Shown here one piece after another: positions 1 through 9,450 of a stretch of DNA of 64,000 nt. Under the pieces are notes generated by a model. That model had not been told where the DNA came from. It ran no database searches and saw only the letters and a list, made by a program, of their open reading frames with translations. The stretch is taken from the NCBI GenBank assembly GCA_047601445.1, contig JASGJH010000001.1, positions 8,160,001-8,224,000 of the forward strand, written 5' to 3'. How positions within the stretch are numbered: the stretch's first letter is position 1; every line of letters begins with the position of its first letter. The translations under genes and the position numbers were made by a program. The stretch comes from Myxococcales bacterium. Its GTDB lineage: Bacteria; Myxococcota_A; Polyangia; Polyangiales; DASUME01.

Positions 1-2
1 GC

Positions 3-632
3 AAGCACCGCAACGGACGCGGCTCGCTGCCCGAGGTGGAGGCGCACGCCCAGGAAATGGCGCTGCGTTTGCTCCAGGCCCTGCCGGGTGTCCGCGATGT
101 GCTCGCCACCGACGTGCAGGCTGCACTCTCGGGCGATCCCGCCGCCTGTACCGCGGAGGAAGTGATCCTCAGCTACCCGGGCGTCCAGGCCATCACCAGC
201 CACCGCATCGCTCACCAGCTGTATCGCCTCGGGGTACCGATGCTGCCGCGCATGATGAGCGAGGTCACCCACTCGCGGACCGGCATCGATATCCACCCGG
301 GCGCCACCATCGGCCCGAGCTTCTTCATCGATCACGGGACGGGGCTCGTGATGGGCGAGACCACGGTCATCGGGAGCGGAGCGAAGCTCTACCAGGGCGT
401 TACCCTGGGGGCGCTGAGCGTGCGCGGAGGCCGCGACGAGGCGGGTTCTGTCAAACGACATCCCACGCTCGAAGACGACGTCACCATCTATGCCGGCGCC
501 ACCATCCTCGGCGGCGAGACCGTGATCGGCCGTGGCAGCGTCATCGGCGGCAACGTGTGGCTCACCCACAGCGTGGGTCCTGGCACCACCGTGGTCCTCG
601 ACAAGCCCAGTCTCCTGTTCAAGCAGAGCTGA
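3..632 (+). CDS. cysE: Serine O-acetyltransferase (EpsC/CysE type), 5'-truncated by window edge
   Basis: GDPAA..EVILSYPG, HRIAH, TGIDIHPGATIG..FFIDHGTG, KRHPT motifs; frame open to window start. Confidence 0.88.
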   Translation, partial: KHRNGRGSLPEVEAHAQEMALRLLQALPGVRDVLATDVQAALSGDPAACTAEEVILSYPGVQAITSHRIAHQLYRLGVPMLPRMMSEVTHSRTGIDIHPGATIGPSFFIDHGTGLVMGETTVIGSGAKLYQGVTLGALSVRGGRDEAGSVKRHPTLEDDVTIYAGATILGGETVIGRGSVIGGNVWLTHSVGPGTTVVLDKPSLLFKQS

Positions 633-926
633 GGGGACGGTTTCGCTTCTTCGCTTTTGCCCTCCAAGCCCGCCTTCTCCCAGCCTCGGGCGTTCCAGGG
701 GCATTACCTTGCTCCCGAAAGAAGAGCCGTGCGATCCTCGCGGGAAGCCTCGGGGTGGCGCTTCGGTCGCGGGTAGTCCGCGTCGAGCCTCATCCGGCGG
801 ATCCCGATGTCGGTGTCCTCCCCACGCCCGCAAAGTTTTCCAGGTGCTCTGGGTTTTTGCGATGCCGCGTGTCCGGTCTTTACGCGGAAGTAGCAATGAT
901 TCTCGGAATTAACCGGCAAACAGCGG

Positions 927-942
927 TGGTACGTGGCTTGCA
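927..942 (+). promoter_or_regulatory. Putative sigma54 (-24/-12) promoter
   Basis: TGGTACG-TGGC-TTGCA matches TGGYACG-N4-TTGCW; GG(928-929) and GC(940-941) are exactly 10 nt apart; about 65 nt upstream of ATG 1008. Confidence 0.65.
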
Positions 943-1007
943 AAGCGGTTTCCAAAACTCGCGAACGGGCCGCTAGACCCGTGGGCTCCGTGCTCGGAGG
1001 CGCTTTC

Positions 1008-4000
1008 ATGCTGTGCAGGAAGTGGTTGTCTTACAGGTGCTTGTCGCCTCTCTGGATGCTGCTGCTCCTGATCACGGCCGCCGCCTGCACCGACAACGAG
1101 CGGGGCGACAGCTGGCAAGGCGTCTGCATCGACCAGGACGGCGACGGCTTCGGCGTGGAGTGCGCCAACGGCCCCGACTGTAATGACCACGACGCCAACC
1201 TGGCCGCCGAGTGCAGCTGCACGCTGCCGGCCACGGGCTGCGCCTGCGAACCGAACGCCAAGCCCATCGATTGCGTGGTCTCGCGCGAGCACACCGGCAG
1301 CGGCAGCCTCGTGTGCCGCACGGGTTTGATGTATTGCCAGGACCAGGTCTGGACCGAGTGCGTGGGTACGCGCAGCTTCGAGGTCCCCGCGCCCTCGGTC
1401 GTGTTGTCCGAGCTCGGCGCCGCCAAGATCCAGCAGGACGCTGCGCCCCGCATCTGCGATGTGTGCCAGCCCGACTGCTATCGCGTCGACGATCCGCTGA
1501 CCCGCACGGACGCGGGCGTCCCGAACAGCACCGACACCGTGTACGGTCCTGGCGGCGGCATCACCTTGCCCAGCGTGAAGAACGACGCGGGCGTCAAGGA
1601 TCCCGACGTCGTCGTCCCCGATCCGCCTTGCGTGCCAGGCAACGTCACCGACAAGGATTGCGACGGCATCCCCGACAAGCTCGACCCTTATCCGGATTCG
1701 ATTCCGTTCAACTCGGACCACAGCACCATCTTCATGGACCTCGCCCCCGGCGAGTCCGATTCGGCCACCTTCGAGGTCAAGTTCTACCTGAACACCGCCG
1801 ACATCTACTTCCTCATCGACCAGACGGGCTCGATGGCGGAAGAGCAGAAGGCGCTGTTCGACTCGCTGAAGAACGGCAACTACCTGGACGATCCCGCCAC
1901 CACCGCCGACGAATCGGTGGGCGTGGAGTGCGCCGACCGCAACTTCGACGGCAAGCCGGACGCCACCCTCAAGACGCAGGGTATCGCCGGCAACATCGCC
2001 TGCTTGATCCGCAGCTCGGGCCTTGGCCTCGGTTGGTACCGCGAGGTGCCGTACTCCCAGCCAGACGACTACGGCATCAAGTACTCGTACCCGAACTTCG
2101 AGGCCTTCGAGCATCGCCAGGACATTAGCGAAGACGAGAGCCTGACGCTGAAGGCGCTCGACCTGCTCTACACGCGCGGTAACCAGAACTGGGCTGAGTC
2201 CGCAGGCATCGCACTGCACGCCGTCGCGAGTGGCGGGCCCATCTACATGGGCTGGGATCGCCCGGGCATCCCAGCCAAGATCTGCCCAGCAGGGCGCGTG
2301 GGCTACCCGTGCTTCCGCAGCGAGGCCGTGCCGGTGGTCATCCTGATCACCGACGCGCCGATGATGAATGGTCCGCCGACCACCGCCGGCAACCTCGGTA
2401 CCGAGACCAGCACTTACAACAACAAGCAGCCCTACAATTATCAGCCGGTCGGTCTGGCACACACCAACTTCAGCAGCGACAAGCAGTACCACCTCGTCGA
2501 CCAAACCAACGAGACCTACATCAACGCGTACGACGTCGGGACCATCGACAACAGCTTCAAGACCTACTCGGGCGACACGCGCGGCATGGTCGCGGATCTG
2601 CGCTCGGACAACCTGGGCATGAAGTGCTCGCTGTGGCCCACCGACTCGACCTCCGCGGCGAGCCCTGGTCTCCCCGATGCAGTCTTCAAGTTCAAGGTGG
2701 AGACCAACAAGCTGCTCACGGTCTCGACGCGTGGCACGCGTTTCAAGCCGGTGCTCGCCATCGTCCCGGTACCCACCAGCACGAGCGCCGACCCGCCGCC
2801 CGTGACCAGCATCTCCGCGTCGAGCAACAACTACCTTGCCCCCAAGGACCTAGGCACTGTCACCGAGGCCATCAACATCCAGGTCAACGGAAACTCGACC
2901 AGCCTCACCCAGAGCTTGCCGGTCGCCGCTGCGCCTGCGTGCTTCGCGGGCTCGGTGCCGTCGAACAACGCTTCGTCGGCCTACTACAAGTTCACGGCCA
3001 CCAAGAGCGTCAACGACGTGCTCTTCACCGCGAGCGGCAGCGACTTCGATGCGATGCTCGGCTTGTACGCCGGTGCGCCAGTGGCGCTCGAGAGCTACCC
3101 GATCACGGGCAACACGAACGACTACTTCTACATGTTCAATGTGCCCTCCACCAACAGCCCCACCGGCAACTCCGCGCTGAACGGCCGCATGGTGTGGCTC
3201 TCGGGTGGTGACACGTCGGCGACTGCCATCCGTCCCGACTTCCCGGCCACCGGCTTCTACAACGTGGACAACTCGGACACGAGCTGCAACTCGGCCACTG
3301 GCTCCGCAGACGACGCTGTGATCGACTTCTCGCTCGCAGCAAAGACGACGATCCGCGTCGAGACCACCTCGAGCACCGACTCGAACGCCGCGGCGGCCTT
3401 CGACAACATCATCGCGCTCATCGAGCGCCCCGCCACCTTGTCGCCCATCATCACTGACGTGGCTGGCAACGACAACTCGTCCCTGGCCTACACCATCCAG
3501 AGCACCTCTGTTCCGCCCAAGACCGACGAGGGTTCCTGGGCGGAGTACCATGGCTACACGGCCAACTACAACACGGCGAACAGCCCCGTCACCATGAAGG
3601 CCGACGACGTGAGCGCGACCGCCATGTACGACTCGAGCGTGGCCGCCACCTCAACGTGCAGCACCATCTCGGGCAAGACCGGCTACCACGACGTCGTCTA
3701 CAAGTTCAACGTCACCCAGGAAGACGACTACGACATCGACACGCTGGGCTCGGGCTTCACCACGTTCCTGGCCCTCCACAACCGCGTTCCGTCCGCTGCG
3801 CGCACGGTGGCCTCCAACAACACCCTTGCCAGCGCCAGCGCCGGCCAAGACACCGGCATCACGTTCGACGGCACCGTGTCCAAGTTGACCGTCACGGGCT
3901 CGACCTCGACCTCTCCCACCACGTCTTACTCGCCCGACAAGGTGCAGGTGGTGGGCGACGTCAACGGCTGCCAGACCGCCAACAAGACGTCTCCCTCCCT

Positions 4001-6143
4001 CGTCTACAAGTTCGTCGTCACCGGTGCCACGCGCTCCTTCGCCTTCAACCGCTCCACCAGCTGGACGGGCGTCGTGTCGCTCTTCTCCAACCCGCTGCCT
4101 GCCAACTCGGGTGCGCAGGGTCTCTGGTGCCGCACGGCCACCGACTTCAGTGTCGACCTCGCGCCTGGCACCTACTACGTGATGATCCACGGCAAGACCA
4201 CCACCGATAAGGGCACCTTCACGCTCAACATCACCGACTCGAGCGTGCAAAGCGGTCTGCTCGCCTGCGACATGGGTTCGCACCCGAATGCCAGGGGCAA
4301 GAACTCCTTGTTGCGTCGCCACCTCACGGTCGGCACCTACTACATCGTGGTCAAGGGCAACAGCACGGACCTGGCGAGCTCGCGCTACGTCATGAGCATC
4401 CGCCGCACGCAGCCGCCGCCTGTCATCGCGTGTAACTGGAAGGGCGTGGGCACCAACCGCAGCGCTGTCACGAGAACCCTGGATCCGGGCAACTACTCGG
4501 TCATCGTGCGTGGCCGTGCCGATGGCGACGTCGGTGGCAAATACGGCGTGTTGATCACCGACGTCAGCGCCACGCCGCTGGCTTGTCACAACGAAGCCGG
4601 CCTGAGCATCAACGGCGTCCCCACCGCGTCCAAGGCGTTCCGCGCCAACCTCGTCGCGGGGACGACGTACTACATGGTGCTGCGCGGAAACAATATCAAC
4701 AAGGGCAGCGGCGACGGTCCTCATACCATCGTCATGAGCTCCGGCGTGGGCTCCAGCACCTGCGCCTACGACAACACGACCTACTCGGCCACAGGCGATA
4801 CCTCGTTCTCGCTGGGAGCTGCCGAGATCACGCAGACCTTTACGCCTGGCGAATACTACGCCGTGCTCAAGGGGAAGGGTGACACGGGTGCTCCACCCAC
4901 GGCCGACAAGGGCCGCGGTTGGTACCAGTTCAGCGTGGGCGACCCCACCTTGATCGTCCCCGAGCAGACCAACACGCTGCCTACCTGGACCCTGCCCGGC
5001 GGCGGCATCAAGGGCGAGCTCACGGCCAACAACATCCGCGTCATCACGGTGGCCTCCGTCATCAAGGATGGCGCCGTGTGTAACGGCGGTAGCTGCAGCT
5101 CGGGCAGCACCGATCAGAACAAGGCGCTTACCGATCAGGGCGACGAGCTCGCGCGTGCCACGGGCGCCTTGAGCCTCGACAGCAAGCCCCTGCGCTTCAA
5201 CATCAAGAACGACGGTACCGGCATGGGTTACGCGGTGGTGCAGGCCGTGAACCAGCTGGCCAAGAACATCGCGATGGACGTGTCGGTGCGCTTCGTGCCC
5301 GACCCACAGAAGCCCACGCCGCCCCAACAGTTCAAGTTCACCGCGCGCGCCATCAACGTGCCGGGTGACCTGTGCGACGGTCCGGTCGACACCGACGGCG
5401 ACAAGATCTTGGACACGCACCTCAAGTGCGCGCCGGGCGCCGTGCCTCGCTTCGAGGTGACCTTCACCAACCCGCCCGTTTCCAGCGGCCAAAACGTGAA
5501 GGCCAATCCCGCTGACCCCAAGGGCGGCTACAACATGCGCATCGAGCTAATCGGCGACGCCAAGTACGTGGTCGACAAGATCCCTGTCTACATCATTCCG
5601 GAAGACGTGGTGCCGAACCCGCCGCCCGTCATCTACCAGCCCACGGGTACCTACTATCAGGATGTCAGCTCTTCGGGCTGCGTCGGCACCGAGCGCCCGG
5701 ATTGGCAGGCGTTGTTCTGGAACGCCTCGCTGCCCGCGGGCACGTCCATCGAATGGCGCGTATGCGGTGGAAATACCGTGGCCGATCTCAACACCTGCGC
5801 GTCGAGCGGCAACTGGCAGCTGGCGGCCAGGGTCGATTCGGGCGGTACGTGCCAGGACTCGGTGGAGTGTCCCAACGGCTATTGCGACACAGCCGGCATC
5901 TGCGAGTACCCGCGTGGTCCCGCCTGCACGGCCAAGTCGGATTGCGGTGTGAACGGTAACTGCATCGCCAACCAGTGCATCTGGACGGCGAACCCCATCG
6001 ACCTTAACCCTGCCGTGATGAATGGCTTCAACGGACTGAGCAAGATGCGTGTCCAGGTTCGCTTGAACGCCAATGGAGATCGCAGCAAGGCTCCCGCCAT
6101 TACGGACTTCCGGCTCAACTACGTTTGCGCGCCCGGCGAGTAG
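1008..6143 (+). CDS. Large Cys-rich surface lipoprotein: integrin-beta-like vWA domain interrupted by nested PPC-like beta-domains
   Basis: GGAGG RBS 996-1000; lipobox-like ITAAAC; CIDQDGDGFG..C..DCND motif; MIDAS DIYFLIDQTGSM (~1800-1835), VVILITDAP (~2334-2360); vWA C-part ELTANNIRVITV..LARATG (~5016-5165); PPC-like motifs between. Confidence 0.8.
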   Translation: MLCRKWLSYRCLSPLWMLLLLITAAACTDNERGDSWQGVCIDQDGDGFGVECANGPDCNDHDANLAAECSCTLPATGCACEPNAKPIDCVVSREHTGSGSLVCRTGLMYCQDQVWTECVGTRSFEVPAPSVVLSELGAAKIQQDAAPRICDVCQPDCYRVDDPLTRTDAGVPNSTDTVYGPGGGITLPSVKNDAGVKDPDVVVPDPPCVPGNVTDKDCDGIPDKLDPYPDSIPFNSDHSTIFMDLAPGESDSATFEVKFYLNTADIYFLIDQTGSMAEEQKALFDSLKNGNYLDDPATTADESVGVECADRNFDGKPDATLKTQGIAGNIACLIRSSGLGLGWYREVPYSQPDDYGIKYSYPNFEAFEHRQDISEDESLTLKALDLLYTRGNQNWAESAGIALHAVASGGPIYMGWDRPGIPAKICPAGRVGYPCFRSEAVPVVILITDAPMMNGPPTTAGNLGTETSTYNNKQPYNYQPVGLAHTNFSSDKQYHLVDQTNETYINAYDVGTIDNSFKTYSGDTRGMVADLRSDNLGMKCSLWPTDSTSAASPGLPDAVFKFKVETNKLLTVSTRGTRFKPVLAIVPVPTSTSADPPPVTSISASSNNYLAPKDLGTVTEAINIQVNGNSTSLTQSLPVAAAPACFAGSVPSNNASSAYYKFTATKSVNDVLFTASGSDFDAMLGLYAGAPVALESYPITGNTNDYFYMFNVPSTNSPTGNSALNGRMVWLSGGDTSATAIRPDFPATGFYNVDNSDTSCNSATGSADDAVIDFSLAAKTTIRVETTSSTDSNAAAAFDNIIALIERPATLSPIITDVAGNDNSSLAYTIQSTSVPPKTDEGSWAEYHGYTANYNTANSPVTMKADDVSATAMYDSSVAATSTCSTISGKTGYHDVVYKFNVTQEDDYDIDTLGSGFTTFLALHNRVPSAARTVASNNTLASASAGQDTGITFDGTVSKLTVTGSTSTSPTTSYSPDKVQVVGDVNGCQTANKTSPSLVYKFVVTGATRSFAFNRSTSWTGVVSLFSNPLPANSGAQGLWCRTATDFSVDLAPGTYYVMIHGKTTTDKGTFTLNITDSSVQSGLLACDMGSHPNARGKNSLLRRHLTVGTYYIVVKGNSTDLASSRYVMSIRRTQPPPVIACNWKGVGTNRSAVTRTLDPGNYSVIVRGRADGDVGGKYGVLITDVSATPLACHNEAGLSINGVPTASKAFRANLVAGTTYYMVLRGNNINKGSGDGPHTIVMSSGVGSSTCAYDNTTYSATGDTSFSLGAAEITQTFTPGEYYAVLKGKGDTGAPPTADKGRGWYQFSVGDPTLIVPEQTNTLPTWTLPGGGIKGELTANNIRVITVASVIKDGAVCNGGSCSSGSTDQNKALTDQGDELARATGALSLDSKPLRFNIKNDGTGMGYAVVQAVNQLAKNIAMDVSVRFVPDPQKPTPPQQFKFTARAINVPGDLCDGPVDTDGDKILDTHLKCAPGAVPRFEVTFTNPPVSSGQNVKANPADPKGGYNMRIELIGDAKYVVDKIPVYIIPEDVVPNPPPVIYQPTGTYYQDVSSSGCVGTERPDWQALFWNASLPAGTSIEWRVCGGNTVADLNTCASSGNWQLAARVDSGGTCQDSVECPNGYCDTAGICEYPRGPACTAKSDCGVNGNCIANQCIWTANPIDLNPAVMNGFNGLSKMRVQVRLNANGDRSKAPAITDFRLNYVCAPGE

Positions 6144-6189
6144 CCCGGCTTCCCACGTAGATCCTCAGCCAGTGTGACCTGGAGACAGC

Positions 6190-9100
6190 ATGCAGACGCG
6201 TCGTCATCGACACTTTTGGATCCTTGCCCTGGCGTTGTTCGCAGCGTCACCGGTGTACGCGCAGGAAGACCCGGACGCCGACGGCGACGGTGTTCCGGAT
6301 GAGAATGAGAGCCCAGGGGACACGGACGGCGACGGCAAGCTCGACGTCAACGACAGCGACGACGACGGCGACGGCATCCCCACGGCAGAAGAGCTCGTTT
6401 CTGGCAACGCGGACGGCGACGAATGGCCTGACTTCCGGGACCCGGATGACGACAACGATCATGTGCTCACCAAGAACGAGCTCGGCATCGGAGGCTGGCA
6501 GACCCCGCTCAACACGGACGGCATCGGCGCACCCGATTACCTGGACGATGATGACGATGACGACGGCGCGCCCACGGCAGAGGAAGTCTGGGACGCGGAG
6601 TGGGATCCGGACCGACAGATCTACGATCCGCTGACGCAGGACACGGACAAGGACGGCATCAAGGACTTCCGCGATGCCGACGACGACGGCGACACCATCC
6701 CGAGCGAGCTCGAGACCGAGTACTTCGTTTCGGGGACCGCGTATCCGATCCCGGACACCGACAACTATCCGGGTGACCAGGACAACGACAACCAACTCAA
6801 CGCGGTCGATCGCGACGACGACAACGACGGCATCCTGACCAAGGACGAGCTGGGACCGAACGGGTACACCAATCCGCGCAACACCGACGGCACCGGTCTC
6901 CCGGACTATCTCGACGACGACGACGACGACGACGGAGAGTCGACCGCGGTGGAGCTCTCCACCAACCCGGAGCCAGACTTCAACGGGAATGGCATCCCGG
7001 ACTATCTCGACCCGGAAGCCAAGGGTTCCCAGGCGGATCCGCCGCCTCTTTTGGTGCCCGGTGCCGATGCCGACGACGACGGCGTCAGCAACGAGCTCGA
7101 GGACCTGAACCGCGACGGTAGATACTGGAACGACAACACGGACGGCGACAAGCTCGCGGACTACGTCGATGACGACGACGACAACGATGGCATCAAGACC
7201 ATCTACGAGAAGGGTGATCCCGCGAATCCTCCGGATAGCGACGGCGACAAGATCCCGGACTACCTCGACCCCGACGATGACGGCGATGGCGTGCTCACCA
7301 AGGACGAGCACCCCGACGCCAACGGCGACGGCGATCCCAGCGACTATCTGTCCACGGCCAGCGCCGAGCCCAACTATCTAAACCCGGACGACGACGACGA
7401 CGGCAAGTCCACCTTCGACGAGCGCCCTGGCGGCCTCGACGTCGACAGTGATCACGATGGGATCCCGGACTACCTCGACGAAGACGATCTGCCGAGCAGT
7501 GGTGGTCCCACCGACGGCGACCTCGACACGGACGGCGACGGCATCCCCGACAAGATGGAGATGCCCGGTGGCGTGGCCGTCGACACGGACGGCGACGGCA
7601 TCCCCGACTACCTCGATCCCGACGACGACGGCGACGGCATCCCCACCAAGGACGAGGGGAAGGGCGGCGGCGTGGACACCGACGGCGACGGCATCCCGGA
7701 CTACTTGGATCCGGATGCAGACGGCGACGGCATCCCCGACAAGATGGAGGGCACCGGCGACAGCGATGGCGACGGCGTTCCCGACTACCTCGACGACAAC
7801 GGTGCGGGTATGGCCGACGCTGGAACCTCCGGCGGCGGTTCGGACGCGGGCGGCGGCGGTAGCGGTAACCCACCGCTCGGCGAGAAGCCCCAGACCAAGA
7901 AGTCCGACAGCTGCAGCGTCAGCGCGCCCGCGAGCGCAACGTTCCCTGCCTTGAGCATGTGGAGCCTCGTGCTGGCCGGTGTGGTGTTCGCGGCGCGACG
8001 TCGCCGTGCACGCAGCGCGCTGGCCATGGTCGCCGGTGCGCTGCTCATGCAAGCCTGCGGCGATGACACCGAGCCCCCCTCCGAGGGCCTCTTGGGCGGC
8101 GACGGCGGACACCACGAGCCAGGGCACGACGCTGGCTCGCAGCCCGCGGACAGTGGCATGCCCGAGTCGGACGCCGCGACCGACGCCGGGCCAACGAGCT
8201 CGGTCACGCCCGAGTGCACGATAGAGGACGGCTCCTTCCAGGTGGAACTGCCCGCCGTGGAGGGCTCCCCTTGGGCTTCCACGCTGCAGGGAGACACCTT
8301 GCACCTCGCCTACCTTGGGCGCAGCTGCGGCACGGCCGAGAACGTCACCGGCACGGGCGTCCGCTATCAGACCTTCCGCGTCGCTGGCGGCACCGTCGCC
8401 GACATCGACAACATGGACGGCGACTTCTGTCTCACCACACTCCACCCGGCGGTGTCGGCCGACAGCGGCGGCGCCACGGTGTTCTACAGCTCCAATCTCG
8501 AAAACGGCATGGAGCTCTACAGCCACAGCGCGAAGCCGACCACCGGTCGCAACCGCCTCACCTTCGACGCCGACTCCGGAGGCGACCAGGAGGTCCTCAC
8601 CGTGGCCGAGACCTTCGGCGACGCCGCCTTGCTCGCGTACGCGAATCGCCAGGGCAAGCAAGGGCCCTTCCAGATCGTCACCGCGCGCCCGAGCAACTTC
8701 TCGGAGAACGAGATCGCGCCCGCCTCGCTCGACTACCGGCCCACGCAGCTCGCGCTGCTCGGCCTCAAGAACGCCGGCGCGCTGGCCTGGGTGAGCAGCG
8801 GCGACACGCAAGGTTCCATCGTGCTGCAGCCGCTGGCTGCCAACGGCAAGGCCTCCGGTGCATCGGTCGTGCTCAGCGATCAGGTCGGGAGCTACTCCGG
8901 CGTCAGCTTCGGCGCGCTGCCGGATCAAAGCGCTGCGGCCGTGGTGTACAGCGTCGCCCTTGCGGGCAACACGCACGAGTTGCGCTTCCGTGAGCTCGGT
9001 GCGGATGGCGCGCCGACGGCTGACGAGGTCAAGCTCACCAGTGGCAACCGCGACGCCTCGGGCGTGTCGCTGGCCCCGTTCGCCGCCGGCTACGTGGCCG

Positions 9101-9318
9101 CGTTTCGCTGGCGCCGTGCTGACGGCCCGCCCGTGATTCGCTTGATGTTCATCAACAAGCGCGGCGGCATCGGCGGCGAGCGCACACTGAGCGAAGCCGC
9201 GCTAACGGGCGAGGATACTCGTGTGCACGCGCTGCCAGATGGTCGCTTGCTCGTGCTCTGGAGCGACAGCACCGGCACGGGCAGCACACTGCATGTCGTG
9301 CGCGCCAACTGCATCTGA
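6190..9318 (+). CDS. Secreted Asp-rich Ca-binding (TSP3-like DxDxDGxPD) repeat protein with internal MYXO-CTERM-like motif and C-terminal beta-rich domain
   Basis: GGAG RBS 6181; Sec signal ending VYA-Q; many D(T/S)DxDG(I/V)PD and DYLDxDDD repeats; SCSV..hydrophobic..RRRR at ~7909-8010; LMQAC lipobox at 8056. Confidence 0.8.
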   Translation: MQTRRHRHFWILALALFAASPVYAQEDPDADGDGVPDENESPGDTDGDGKLDVNDSDDDGDGIPTAEELVSGNADGDEWPDFRDPDDDNDHVLTKNELGIGGWQTPLNTDGIGAPDYLDDDDDDDGAPTAEEVWDAEWDPDRQIYDPLTQDTDKDGIKDFRDADDDGDTIPSELETEYFVSGTAYPIPDTDNYPGDQDNDNQLNAVDRDDDNDGILTKDELGPNGYTNPRNTDGTGLPDYLDDDDDDDGESTAVELSTNPEPDFNGNGIPDYLDPEAKGSQADPPPLLVPGADADDDGVSNELEDLNRDGRYWNDNTDGDKLADYVDDDDDNDGIKTIYEKGDPANPPDSDGDKIPDYLDPDDDGDGVLTKDEHPDANGDGDPSDYLSTASAEPNYLNPDDDDDGKSTFDERPGGLDVDSDHDGIPDYLDEDDLPSSGGPTDGDLDTDGDGIPDKMEMPGGVAVDTDGDGIPDYLDPDDDGDGIPTKDEGKGGGVDTDGDGIPDYLDPDADGDGIPDKMEGTGDSDGDGVPDYLDDNGAGMADAGTSGGGSDAGGGGSGNPPLGEKPQTKKSDSCSVSAPASATFPALSMWSLVLAGVVFAARRRRARSALAMVAGALLMQACGDDTEPPSEGLLGGDGGHHEPGHDAGSQPADSGMPESDAATDAGPTSSVTPECTIEDGSFQVELPAVEGSPWASTLQGDTLHLAYLGRSCGTAENVTGTGVRYQTFRVAGGTVADIDNMDGDFCLTTLHPAVSADSGGATVFYSSNLENGMELYSHSAKPTTGRNRLTFDADSGGDQEVLTVAETFGDAALLAYANRQGKQGPFQIVTARPSNFSENEIAPASLDYRPTQLALLGLKNAGALAWVSSGDTQGSIVLQPLAANGKASGASVVLSDQVGSYSGVSFGALPDQSAAAVVYSVALAGNTHELRFRELGADGAPTADEVKLTSGNRDASGVSLAPFAAGYVAAFRWRRADGPPVIRLMFINKRGGIGGERTLSEAALTGEDTRVHALPDGRLLVLWSDSTGTGSTLHVVRANCI

Positions 9319-9450
9319 GCCGCTTCGCGCAAGCTCGAGAACGCCCCAAAATCTGAAGTAATGTCGCGCATGACCGACGCGAGTCAGCGCGGGGGGCCCA
9401 TGACCAAAGGATGACAGTGGCGTTCACGTGCGCCTGCTACTCCTGAGGTC

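Noticed and set aside
633..926. Possible structured RNA or riboswitch after cysE
   Set aside because: Only short GC stems; no recognisable family motif.
6270..7800. Recurrent GACACGGACGGCGACGGCATCCCCGAC DNA repeats
   Set aside because: In-frame coding repeats (DTDGDGIPD), not a DNA element.
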